DNA of 60,361 bases, taken from contig JBHIFL010000016.1 in NCBI GenBank assembly GCA_046761065.1, forward strand, positions 1 through 60,361. The letters are read 5' to 3'. Positions 29,698 to 39,165 of the stretch are shown here, piece by piece. The stretch is from Candidatus Heimdallarchaeota archaeon (lineage in GTDB: Archaea > Asgardarchaeota > Wukongarchaeia > Wukongarchaeales > JBHIFL01). Numbering within the stretch: position 1 is the stretch's first letter; each line of letters begins with the position of its first letter. The translations under genes and the position numbers were made by a program. The notes under the pieces are model-generated. The model saw nothing but the letters and a program-made list of their open reading frames with translations, was not told the DNA's origin and searched no databases.

Positions 29698-30057
29698 CTA
29701 AGAAAAGTTCCCTATAACAATTGCTGCAAAATAACAAAGACACCCAGAGGTGCCTTCACTTGATTCTATCAGCAATGGAATCACTTCTTGCAAGCTTGAA
29801 CGGAACCATAAGTTGTGAAGACCACAAACATATTGATCACCGATTTTTATCAACCGGAAACATGTCACTACCTTAACTGGATTTTCTAATCTTCCAGCAG
29901 TGAATTCCTTTTCAATATAACGAGTTAATAGGATTAGTTTCGATTTATTTTTAGAGATTTGCCCTTTCAAATGGATTAAACCGCAGGGAACAGATTCGAG
30001 TGTTTTCATGATCGCCTCCCGAACACTTTTATCCTGTTCATACGACACAGGGCACAC
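29698..30057 (-). CDS. Hypothetical Cys-containing protein
   Basis: 119-codon ORF filling the intergenic gap; no recognised motif. Confidence 0.35.
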   Translation of the reverse strand: MCPVSYEQDKSVREAIMKTLESVPCGLIHLKGQISKNKSKLILLTRYIEKEFTAGRLENPVKVVTCFRLIKIGDQYVCGLHNLWFRSSLQEVIPLLIESSEGTSGCLCYFAAIVIGNFS

Positions 30058-30316
30058 TCAAAGCTCGCCATACGGTAGACCATACCTGATTAGACCATCT
30101 GGTTAGGGGATTATAATTTAATGCCAGTTATCATTTTCCATGGCCTCGAAAAAGTAATAAGAAGTTCCCAATCATGTATTTCCTAAATGATCAATCATGA
30201 GGGTCTACTCTTCGTAGAGGGAAAGAAAAAAAGAAAAACCAGGTCATTGCAAGAAGCTAAAGATATTATCTTGAAATAAGGCAAACACTGAACAGAACAT
30301 ACCTGCGGTGCATATC

Positions 30317-32935
30317 ATGGCAACTCAAAAGGAGAGTACAATAGACTATTATCCACCAAGAATCGGGGTATTTGTGTGCTACTGTGGCACGAATATTGCA
30401 GGTTCGGTAGACTGCGAACGTGTTGCAACCTTCGCCCGAACGCTTCCTGATGTGGTTTTTGTCCAAACGAACCGATATACATGCTCTGATCCGGGTCAGG
30501 CAGAAATTGAGCAAGCAATCAAGGAACATCAACTCAATCGCATTGTAGTGGCCTCCTGCTCTCCAAAACTCCATGAAACGACGTTTCAACGAAACATTGA
30601 GCGGGCTGGCTTGAATAAATATGTGTTCGAGATGGCCAATATCCGGGAACATGATAGCTGGGTTCATAAAGACCGAAGTGTTGCCACCCCAAAGGCTGAA
30701 GACTTGGTGCGAATGGCAGTAGCAAAAGCTCGATTGCTCGAACCCCTTCCTAAACAAGAGGTGACTGTTTCTAAAGCGGCGTTTACCCTTGCGAAAGATC
30801 ATGTTGCCTTGGTTGACAAAAATTCTGGTCTTATTGTGACCCGTAGTGGGCAGAAAATTCACCTCCCACCCACAGCTACTCTTGAAGAATTCGATGGAAA
30901 GGTACGAATCAACTACTCCCGTCCTGGCGCATTAGTAATTGGAGGGGGGGTAGCGGGGATCCAAGCGGCATTAGATCTTGCGGAACAAAATTACCGGGTT
31001 TTCCTTGTCGAAAAAACCACTACTATTGGAGGGGTGATGGCTCTTCTGGATAAGACCTTCCCCACGTTGGATTGTTCTATTTGCATTCTCGGCCCCAAAA
31101 TGGCGGATGTGGGACGACATGAAAACATTGAGCTGATTTCCTTCGCAGAGCTTGAAAAAATGAGTGGGTATGTAGGAAACTTCAAACTTCAAGTTAGCAA
31201 GAAGCCGCGGTTCATTAACGAAACAGAGTGCAACGGATGCCGCAAGTGTGAAGATGTCTGCCCCGTTGAGGTCACAGATCACACTTTCGAGTTTGATACA
31301 CCACTTGGAACACGTAAAGCAATCTATTGTCCCTATCCCCAAGCAATCCCTCTCGTAGTCGAGATTGATCACGATGCCTGTATCGGCTGTGGGCTTTGCC
31401 TCGAAGCGTGCGACCGGGAGGGTGCTATTGTCTTTGATCAAAAACCAGATGAATATGTGATTGATGTTGGTGCAATTATCGTCGCAACTGGCTACAAACA
31501 ATTCGATCCTAAGACAAGGGATCTTTTTGGTATCAATGATTATGCAAACGTTATCACAGGTCCCCAAATGGAACGCATGATCAATGCGAGTGGGCCCACA
31601 GAAGGGCATATTGTCCGCCCCAGTGATCATAAAGAACCCAAACGGGTGGCATTCATTCAATGTGTGGGCAGCAGAGATGATAAGACAAATCCCTATTGTT
31701 CATCGTTCTGCTGCAACTATACATCGAAGCAAATTCATCTTTTGAGGGAACATGTCCCTGGAGTTGAAGTCTATGTTTATTACATGGACATCCGATCTTG
31801 GGGCGAGTTTGAATCTTTTTATAAGCGCACACGGGATTTAGGTGTGAAATACATTCGCGGGTTGCCTGTGGACATCTATGAGATTCCAGAAACTAAAAAC
31901 TTGATCATTGAAGCAGAAGATACGCTACGGAATGAGTTGAGTGAAATTGAAGTTGATATGGTAGTTCTCGCAACGGGAGCGGAACCAGCTGAGGGCACAA
32001 AACGCCTGAGCCGAATTCTGAAGATTACCCTTGGTGAAAATGGATTCTTTGCCCCGGCCCACATCAAACTCCGCCCGGTTGATGCGACCGTTGATGGAAT
32101 CTTCCTGGCAGGGTGCGCTTCTACCCCCCGAGATATTTCGGACTCGGTCGCAAGTGCGAGTGCAGCCGTGACTCGCGCAGCAAATATTTTGTCGAAAGAA
32201 ACAACTACTGTTAGTTCCATAGTCGCACAAGTGAACGAGGCGCTCTGTGATGCTTGTCGGACCTGTATAGGGGTGTGCCCTTATGATGCCATCTCGATTG
32301 ATCGGACAATCAAGAAAGCCGTAATCAATGTGGCCCTTTGCAAAGGGTGCGGAGCATGCGCCAGTTATTGCCCTACAGGCGCAATTGATGTGCAAGGGTT
32401 CACCAATGCCCAAATCATGGCCCAGATTCGAGCAGCCCTTGAGCCCGAAACCTTAATTTCTGGAGAACGCCGTATCATAATGTTTTGCTGTAATTGGTGT
32501 TCTTATGGTGGAGCAGATGCGGCCGGGTTAGGGCGTAAGGCTTATCCCCCCAATATTCGGATTATTCGGACGATGTGTTCGGCGCGCGTTAACCCGGTCT
32601 TTGTACTAGAAGCCTTTATGCTGGGAGCGGATGGGGTGTTAGTCAGTGGGTGCCATCCGGGGGACTGTCAATATGTTGATGGAAATTACAAGTGTGAGCG
32701 GAACTATAAGGCATTACGCAAAGCCGTAATTAATGCAGGAATCGAACCAGAACGTATACGGCTCGAATGGATCAGTGCCTCAGAGGGGATCCGCTTCCAG
32801 AAGATCGTCACCGAATTTGTTCAGCAAATTGAAGCCCTTGAGCCAAACCCACTCAAAGGCGTAAGACTTTTAGAATATCAGCAAGAGATAAAGGCAACCG
32901 CGGAGCTTGGTGCAGAGGGCGGTAATGGCCGTTAA
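30317..32935 (+). CDS. hdrA: Heterodisulfide reductase subunit A fused to MvhD
   Basis: RIGVFVCYCG, SCSP, ALVIGGGVAG, DKTFPTLDCSICI, QCVGSRD..YCS..CC, ferredoxin motifs; C-terminal FCCNWCSY, RTMCS.RV, GCHPGDC (MvhD). Confidence 0.93.
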   Translation: MATQKESTIDYYPPRIGVFVCYCGTNIAGSVDCERVATFARTLPDVVFVQTNRYTCSDPGQAEIEQAIKEHQLNRIVVASCSPKLHETTFQRNIERAGLNKYVFEMANIREHDSWVHKDRSVATPKAEDLVRMAVAKARLLEPLPKQEVTVSKAAFTLAKDHVALVDKNSGLIVTRSGQKIHLPPTATLEEFDGKVRINYSRPGALVIGGGVAGIQAALDLAEQNYRVFLVEKTTTIGGVMALLDKTFPTLDCSICILGPKMADVGRHENIELISFAELEKMSGYVGNFKLQVSKKPRFINETECNGCRKCEDVCPVEVTDHTFEFDTPLGTRKAIYCPYPQAIPLVVEIDHDACIGCGLCLEACDREGAIVFDQKPDEYVIDVGAIIVATGYKQFDPKTRDLFGINDYANVITGPQMERMINASGPTEGHIVRPSDHKEPKRVAFIQCVGSRDDKTNPYCSSFCCNYTSKQIHLLREHVPGVEVYVYYMDIRSWGEFESFYKRTRDLGVKYIRGLPVDIYEIPETKNLIIEAEDTLRNELSEIEVDMVVLATGAEPAEGTKRLSRILKITLGENGFFAPAHIKLRPVDATVDGIFLAGCASTPRDISDSVASASAAVTRAANILSKETTTVSSIVAQVNEALCDACRTCIGVCPYDAISIDRTIKKAVINVALCKGCGACASYCPTGAIDVQGFTNAQIMAQIRAALEPETLISGERRIIMFCCNWCSYGGADAAGLGRKAYPPNIRIIRTMCSARVNPVFVLEAFMLGADGVLVSGCHPGDCQYVDGNYKCERNYKALRKAVINAGIEPERIRLEWISASEGIRFQKIVTEFVQQIEALEPNPLKGVRLLEYQQEIKATAELGAEGGNGR

Positions 32936-32984
32936 TAATTTGAAGTTACAAATCATGAAGATTGTTTCTATCGGAGATAGGAAA

Positions 32985-33782
32985 TTGGCAGAAATTACCT
33001 TCAAATTGAAAGAAGGCTCGAAGATCCCCATTGAAGCCGAAGCAATCTGTCCGGATCAACTTGCAGGTAAGACGCTCAAAGAGATAGGGAACCTCCCAGT
33101 TTGGAAAGGCAATAAAGAGCTCAAGTTGAGTGATTTATTTGAGATTAAAGGTGAGGCGGGATCGGACTCAACGGAGCTCGTAGTACGAGTTGTGAGTGAA
33201 ACCACTAAGATCAAAAGAATAGGGCAAGGAATGAGCGCAGGAAAGCTGATAATAGAAGGTAATGCCGGAATGCATTTGGCAGAAGAGATGCAAGGCGGTG
33301 AAGTACTTGTAACCGGTGATGTAGATGACTGGGCTTTCACTCAAATGAGAGGCGGAACCGCCCTCGTACAGGGTAACGCAGGTCACTATTTAGGAGCCGC
33401 AGAATGGGGTAACTGGCAAGGTAATACTGGAGGGATGATTACGGTCGAAGGTAATGCTGGAAATGAGGTGGGAGCATGGCTAGCGGGTGGAACAATTGAG
33501 ATCAAGGGCAATGTTGGTGAATTCCTTGGTGTTCACATGAAGAAGGGCGTTATAGTGGCTCACGGAAAAGTAAACCCTCGTGTCGGAGCTGAAATGACCG
33601 GGGGGCAAATCATCCTCTTTTCTGAGCCAGATAGACTACTTTCAGGCTTCGAAAAGAGTGATGTGATGGTTGAAAGTGTTGAAATAAATGGAAAACCGCT
33701 CTCCGGACCCTTCATCAAGTTCATTGGGGATTTTGCAGAACGAAAAAAGCCGAAAGGGGTCATTCTCATACGAAAAAAATAA
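32985..33782 (+). CDS. fwdC: Formylmethanofuran dehydrogenase subunit C
   Basis: IEAEAICPD, WKGN...LSDLF, GXXMXGG beta-helix repeats, F.GD.AE..KG; TTG start after GGAG. Confidence 0.88.
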   Translation: MAEITFKLKEGSKIPIEAEAICPDQLAGKTLKEIGNLPVWKGNKELKLSDLFEIKGEAGSDSTELVVRVVSETTKIKRIGQGMSAGKLIIEGNAGMHLAEEMQGGEVLVTGDVDDWAFTQMRGGTALVQGNAGHYLGAAEWGNWQGNTGGMITVEGNAGNEVGAWLAGGTIEIKGNVGEFLGVHMKKGVIVAHGKVNPRVGAEMTGGQIILFSEPDRLLSGFEKSDVMVESVEINGKPLSGPFIKFIGDFAERKKPKGVILIRKK

Positions 33783-33967
33783 CTAGCTCTCCTCTAAGTA
33801 TGTTTAATATGCGCTAAAACACAGAAGATTCGTACAGAGTGGTAGCGGTTTTCTTTTCACAAGAATGAAAATGGTTTGGGAGTTATAGTTCTAATGAAGA
33901 TAAAAACAAGAATATTTGGGAACAGACGAGATGAAAGACTCCTGTAACCCGAGTGGGAGATCTCGAA

Positions 33968-35428
33968 ATGGAACTACCTCTCCTCGTTTCGATGGATCTA
34001 GGTACATCTGCCTTTAGACTTACTGTATTCGATAGTCAAGGTACCCCCATCTTCTCAAATACGGCGAATATTACAAATCAAACGATCTCTACCTGGGTAG
34101 AAGCCTTGAGTTGCATTTCTCCAAGGATAAAAACTGCTAATGTGCCTTCGAATAACATCCATGTAAGTGTGTGTGGCACTTCAGGCACTGTTGTTCCGGT
34201 TGACGAGTTTGGGAATCCAATAATGGAGCCCATCATGTATTTTGAACGAGCGCCTCCTGCAGAAGTGGCTAATATTTGTGCATTAGACGCGGCAAAGGAA
34301 TTAGGTGAAAAAGGAGTTCCTATTTCAGCCACTTCACCTCTTACCAAACTGATTCACAGAAAAAAGCGCAATCCCAGTATGTTTCATCGAGTTCGCTGGA
34401 TTCTATCACCGACATCTTGGCTCCTTTATAGGCTTCGTTTTCCTGAAGGCCAAAGATGGGACAATGTGGCTATGGATTGGACAAACGGGTTGAAATTTGG
34501 GGTAGATATTACCTTTGAACCGCCTATCTGGTTTCGCCCAATCTTCGAACAGAGTGGGTTCCCCTTGGAACTTATGCCAGACCTTCAATCCTGTGGTTCC
34601 CCAATAGGAACTGCGCAAAGCCAATTAGCCAATAAGCTTGGACTTTCAGGTGCAAACCTCTATCATGGCATGACAGATGGAACTGCAACGGCTCTGATGA
34701 CAGGATGCCTGCAACCTGGGAGCATGGGATTGAGTGTTGGGTCAACTAGCACGCTCAAATACGCATGCCAAGAGATAAGAGCTAGTCCTGCAATTTACTA
34801 TCATAAGCATCCCTTAGGCGGATACCTTGCTAGCGCCGCTCCTGTCACTGGAGCAATGCTGAGATGGTTTTCAGAAAAGATCCTCCAAAAAAGTTTAGAG
34901 GACGCCCTTGCATTGGCTGAGCAGATAAAACCAGGAAGTGAGTTTCACTATCTTCCCCAAGGCGATAGAGAGCCTTTTTTCGCCAGTCGAATGGGAGCCG
35001 CTTTCCTTGGGTTATGGCCGAGAAATATTTCATCTGAAACCGCACAAGGAATTTTTATGCGCTCAATCATGCTCGGGATCGCTCTAGCAGAATATACGCT
35101 TATAAGAATTATTGAAGAATTATTTGAGTGTTCGATAAACACAATTGGAATAACAGGAGGAGGAACACGAAATGCGACGTGGAATAGGATTCGGGCTGCG
35201 GTCTATGAAAAAACTCTAAAAATCATCGACAACCCTATGACGCTGGGCCCCCTCATCCCTGTTTTACTTAACATTGGGCTATATAAAGACATCAATGAGC
35301 TAGAAAAAAAGTTGCTGCAATGTCGAGAAGTGATCCTTCCTGACAAGCGACTTGTTAACAAATATAAAAATCGAAAACAGTCATTTATGAATAAATGGAG
35401 CCTACTTAAACAGCTCCATGACTCTTAA
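33968..35428 (+). CDS. FGGY-family carbohydrate kinase
   Basis: MDLGTS, CGTSGT, GMTDG, GSTS, GDREPF, TGGG. Confidence 0.88.
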   Translation: MELPLLVSMDLGTSAFRLTVFDSQGTPIFSNTANITNQTISTWVEALSCISPRIKTANVPSNNIHVSVCGTSGTVVPVDEFGNPIMEPIMYFERAPPAEVANICALDAAKELGEKGVPISATSPLTKLIHRKKRNPSMFHRVRWILSPTSWLLYRLRFPEGQRWDNVAMDWTNGLKFGVDITFEPPIWFRPIFEQSGFPLELMPDLQSCGSPIGTAQSQLANKLGLSGANLYHGMTDGTATALMTGCLQPGSMGLSVGSTSTLKYACQEIRASPAIYYHKHPLGGYLASAAPVTGAMLRWFSEKILQKSLEDALALAEQIKPGSEFHYLPQGDREPFFASRMGAAFLGLWPRNISSETAQGIFMRSIMLGIALAEYTLIRIIEELFECSINTIGITGGGTRNATWNRIRAAVYEKTLKIIDNPMTLGPLIPVLLNIGLYKDINELEKKLLQCREVILPDKRLVNKYKNRKQSFMNKWSLLKQLHDS

Positions 35429-35467
35429 AGAATAGTTGAACCGTTCTGTAGCCATAATTGCGAATTC

Positions 35468-36085
35468 TCATTTTTTTAGGATGTTGAAAAAATTCTGTAA
35501 AATTTTTTTTCCGTCCTGTTTTTCCGAAGTATAGCATTCCGCATGGAATTGAATTCCATATATGATGTGATGTTTGTGTACCATTGCTTCAATAGCTGTA
35601 TCATTTGAGTAAGCTAATAATTTGAAATCTTTTGGAAGGCTTTCTATTACCTCATAGTGCGCTTGCATCACTTGTATTGTATCAGGTAAAGAATAAAACA
35701 GAGGATCTCTCTTGTTTGGTGATTCCTCTGATTCTACAATTTTCACGGGTCGATATCCCTCCATCAACATTCCTTGATGAACTACACGGCTGCCAAAAGC
35801 TATCCCTATGATTTGATGTCCAAAACAAATACCTAATATAGCCGTTGGAACTGTTTGCACAAGTTCAATAAGAGATTGATATCGTTTGACCATGACTTCT
35901 TCACTTAGAAGCGTTTCTGAACCGCTCAGAACTATTGCATCAAATTGGTCAACCCGGGAGAAAAGAAACTCATCATCAAATCGTCTCACCTCATACTGAT
36001 TGCCAAGCCTCTTCAAAGCGCTTTTTAACTTATGGAACCATGAGGAGTTGGGAGATTCATAATTGTCAATTACGAGCGCTTCCAT
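35468..36085 (-). CDS. Class I glutamine amidotransferase (GuaA-like/C26)
   Basis: VIDNY, VLSGS, LGICFGHQ, YGIQFHAE. Confidence 0.9.
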   Translation of the reverse strand: MEALVIDNYESPNSSWFHKLKSALKRLGNQYEVRRFDDEFLFSRVDQFDAIVLSGSETLLSEEVMVKRYQSLIELVQTVPTAILGICFGHQIIGIAFGSRVVHQGMLMEGYRPVKIVESEESPNKRDPLFYSLPDTIQVMQAHYEVIESLPKDFKLLAYSNDTAIEAMVHKHHIIYGIQFHAECYTSEKQDGKKILQNFFNILKK

Positions 36086-36435
36086 TTATCATGCCCCATA
36101 GATACAGGTATAATGTCAACCATGTGGGTAGCGGAAAGGTCGAGTACAAAAATAGTTCGGTCTAATAAATCAATTTCTACGACAAAAGGATATTATTACT
36201 AAAACAACACTTTCAATTTAATAAGTCATGTAAATGCCATCAAACCAACAGGAAATGAGCCATGGAGTAAAAATCAATCTCTTAAACCTATCTCACCGCT
36301 CCATAAGACCTGCTCACAGCAGTCCAACTTATAATGAATTCTCTCGGTTGTCATTAACGCATAGGAATTCTCCAAATACAGGAGAGAATTGAGAATAATG
36401 GGTATAAACATTTTTATAAGCTGAAGGCAAGCGGT

Positions 36436-37017
36436 TTATGTGATGTGGGTTTTTTGTCCCTTCAATTCTTCAAATAATGCGCGTAACTTCTCATTCACTC
36501 GCTCCTCTTTTGCTCTCTCTTGAAGATAGGACATTTTAAGGCTGTCTTTTTGGGTAAGAATGACCGCTAGGACATCTTCCTCATTTTGTTGTTCACCGTA
36601 GACGAGTTTCGCAACTATGAGGTTTTCGGGTGGTTCCAACCACGTTTCTATACTAAAAATCTCATTTATTCTTCTATTACTAAAGCTGGTAAAATCAAGT
36701 TTATCATGAACATTCTTGAGATCTAGTCGATAAGGAGAGCGCTTGTCAAATACTGGAATATGTGCTCCTTCCAGTAGACTCTTCTCGAGATCTAAGGTAT
36801 TTATTTTTAGTTCATGTCTCGTAAATGCTTGGATTAGAGTTTCTATGTGGCTCATTCGTTTTGGATTGACCTTTACAATCACATCGATATCCATTGTGGA
36901 TCGGGGACGCCCATATTTGATTGCAGCCAATCCCCCAATGATAACATAGTCAATTCCACTCTCTTGCAAGGCTTTCAGGACTCGCCTTGTAAATTTCTCA
37001 AAGCAGTCCAACCACAT
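36436..37017 (-). CDS. Nucleotidyltransferase (DUF6036/AbiEii-like); candidate toxin or antitoxin
   Basis: YVIIGGLAAIKYGRPRSTMDID, PPENLIVAKL, EDV. Confidence 0.8.
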   Translation of the reverse strand: MWLDCFEKFTRRVLKALQESGIDYVIIGGLAAIKYGRPRSTMDIDVIVKVNPKRMSHIETLIQAFTRHELKINTLDLEKSLLEGAHIPVFDKRSPYRLDLKNVHDKLDFTSFSNRRINEIFSIETWLEPPENLIVAKLVYGEQQNEEDVLAVILTQKDSLKMSYLQERAKEERVNEKLRALFEELKGQKTHIT

Positions 37018-37023
37018 CCCTTC

Positions 37024-37191
37024 TTAAGCGAAAATTCTCCTTCGACATTCACGGATTAGGTCTTCCTCACCGAGATCTCCTAACTGTGCTTGCACGATAG
37101 TTGCTAGGATGGTAACTACCATGGTAAAGAGGTCGCTGGCAATCTTGACGTGATCCTGTGCAGAGCGCCGAACGCCTTCCAGATCTAGCAA
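37024..37191 (-). CDS. Small 55-aa helical partner protein upstream of the nucleotidyltransferase (not in the ORF track)
   Basis: TTG start after AGGAAC; MLDLEGVRRSAQDHVKIASDLFTMVVTILATIVQAQLGDLGEEDLIRECRRRIFA; stop 6 nt before the NTase ATG. Confidence 0.55.
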   Translation of the reverse strand: MLDLEGVRRSAQDHVKIASDLFTMVVTILATIVQAQLGDLGEEDLIRECRRRIFA

Positions 37192-37366
37192 GATGTTCCT
37201 GACGCGGTGGGAACCAATCTAGGCACAACTCTCGGGCATTGTGATCGAATAATAAGAAGTCGCACTTTTGACTCTTTGGATTATCAGAAATGCCGTTCAC
37301 CTAAAAAGTCCAAAGAATCATTATAATGTAAGATTTCAATATCTTGGTGAGGTAGGAGGTCAAAGA

Positions 37367-37590
37367 GTGAACTACTCCTCGCTGGCGCAAGAAGCTTCGG
37401 GCAAAGGTTCCGATCAGTTCAAAACGTGGAATTTGGAGCATTTTAATTACATATGGTAAGATTATTTTTTCATGAAAATACAGTTAGAATATTGACCAAG
37501 TTCAACAAGTAACCCTCCTTATCCTATGCCTAATTCTAGAAAAATTCCGTGATGCTCATCCCCCAGCATGCGTAAGAGGACTTCCTGCCG
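37367..37590. mobile_element. Degenerate IS200/IS605-like non-autonomous remnant
   Basis: GTGAACTACTCCTCGCTGGCGCAAGAAGCTTC (37367-37398) and TCATCCCCCAGCATGCGTAAGAGGACTTCCTGCC (37556-37589) resemble eroded subterminal hairpin ends; no transposase. Confidence 0.35.
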
Positions 37591-37663
37591 ATATTTTTAT
37601 AAAATGTACAATTCTTACATCAAAAAGAAATTCTAGAATTTGACAATTTTGAGAGTGAGATAA

Positions 37664-38839
37664 GTGGTTAGTTTGAGCATAGAATTTGCTGGGGTCGAAT
37701 TTGAGAATCCCTTTTTATTGTCTTCAGCACCACCAACTAGAAACGGGACACAGATTAAAAGAGCTATTGAAAGTGGGTGGGGTGGTGCCGTAACTAAAAC
37801 AATAACGTTAATTCCTGAAAAAAACACGAGACCCCGATTAGGAGTTATTAGGTTGGGAACGAGATTAATTGGGATGACTAATATCGAATTAACTACAGAA
37901 TTATCTCTTGAACGGTGGAAGAAGGAAATAAAAATTGCAAAAGAACCTGGTGCCCCGATTATAGGAAGCATTATGGCTGATCCTGAACCGGACAATTGGA
38001 TTAAACTAACACAAATAATTGAACAAACGGGAGTTGATATGCTAGAACTTAATTTTTCTTGCCCCCACGGTGCCCCAGACAAACATATGGGCGCGTTCCT
38101 GGGACAAGATCCTAAACTTGTTCGATCATTAACTAAAACTGTTAAAGAAAATTGTTCTATTCCTGTTATTGTCAAATTAACTCCCAATGTTACTAGTATA
38201 GTGCCCATAGTCGAAGCAGGCGCGGCTGGAGGCGCAGATGGCTTTTCAGCCATTAATACGGTATTGTCATTAATTGGAATAGATATTGAAACCGGGTTGC
38301 CGTTTCCTAACTCTCAAGGAAAATCGGCTTTTGGAGGATATTCTGGATCAGCAATTAGGCCCATTGCTTTGCGAGTCGTTGCAGAAGTTGCAAAAACCGT
38401 TGATTTGCCAATATCTGGAATAGGTGGGATCGATACCTGGAAAGCTGCCGTAGAATTCATGATGGTTGGGGCAAAGACAGTCCAAGTTTGCACAGCAGTT
38501 ATGTGGCGAGGGTACAAAATAGTCGAGAAATGGAAAGATGACTTGTTAGGTTTTATGGATCGAAAAGGGTACCATACCTTAAATGATTTCATCGGGCACT
38601 CTTTGAATCATATTGGCATATTTGGGGATTTAGAGGTTGAACCACCAATAAAGGCACATGTCAAATATCCGGACAAGTGCACTGGTTGTGGGAAATGTGT
38701 GACGTCATGTAGGGATGGAGCGTATGATGCAATTACTTTGGAAAATAAAATTGCAAAAATTAATTCCTCGATTTGTGATGGATGTGGCCTATGTGTTTAT
38801 ATTTGTCCAACTGAAGCAATAACCATGGTAGAATCTTAA
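37664..38839 (+). CDS. preA: Dihydropyrimidine dehydrogenase FMN/Fe-S subunit PreA
   Basis: [44 protein letters not shown]-terminal 2x[4Fe-4S]. Confidence 0.9.
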   Translation: MVSLSIEFAGVEFENPFLLSSAPPTRNGTQIKRAIESGWGGAVTKTITLIPEKNTRPRLGVIRLGTRLIGMTNIELTTELSLERWKKEIKIAKEPGAPIIGSIMADPEPDNWIKLTQIIEQTGVDMLELNFSCPHGAPDKHMGAFLGQDPKLVRSLTKTVKENCSIPVIVKLTPNVTSIVPIVEAGAAGGADGFSAINTVLSLIGIDIETGLPFPNSQGKSAFGGYSGSAIRPIALRVVAEVAKTVDLPISGIGGIDTWKAAVEFMMVGAKTVQVCTAVMWRGYKIVEKWKDDLLGFMDRKGYHTLNDFIGHSLNHIGIFGDLEVEPPIKAHVKYPDKCTGCGKCVTSCRDGAYDAITLENKIAKINSSICDGCGLCVYICPTEAITMVES

Positions 38840-38929
38840 AACTATGTGTGTGATGTGTTCCTGCTAATATTGCCTTATGGCTGAAGTCTGGTTAGTTACA
38901 CATAAGCGAGTGAAGTATTGTTATTCGCA

Positions 38930-39046
38930 TCAAAATAACGTAGGCAAGTTAGAGTGAACAATAAATACCACTATTTGGCTTTAGATCGCATCTCATGGGT
39001 TACGGGCACCATTATGGTCATCGACGGCAATCCCACCGCGTTATGA
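38930..39046 (+). pseudogene. C-terminal relic of a short-chain dehydrogenase/reductase
   Basis: 38972-39046 reads YLALDRISWVTGTIMVIDGNPTAL*, matching the SDR end FLASD.ASWVTG..I.VDGG.TA; preceded by out-of-frame VGKLE* debris. Confidence 0.55.
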
Positions 39047-39165
39047 TCGGATTTATATTCGATATATTATGAAAGTCATTCCTTCTCCTTTGCTATTGGC
39101 GTTTTTACGCATGTACCACAGGTTTTACCCAAAAGAAAAACAAAGAGCTTTATTTTAATATATGT

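Noticed and set aside
30776-30928. Intein in HdrA
   Set aside because: Too short, and lacks an N-terminal Cys/Ser and the C-terminal His-Asn-[C/S/T].
30317-32935. Selenocysteine recoding in HdrA/MvhD
   Set aside because: The ORF is open throughout, with Cys codons and no in-frame TGA.
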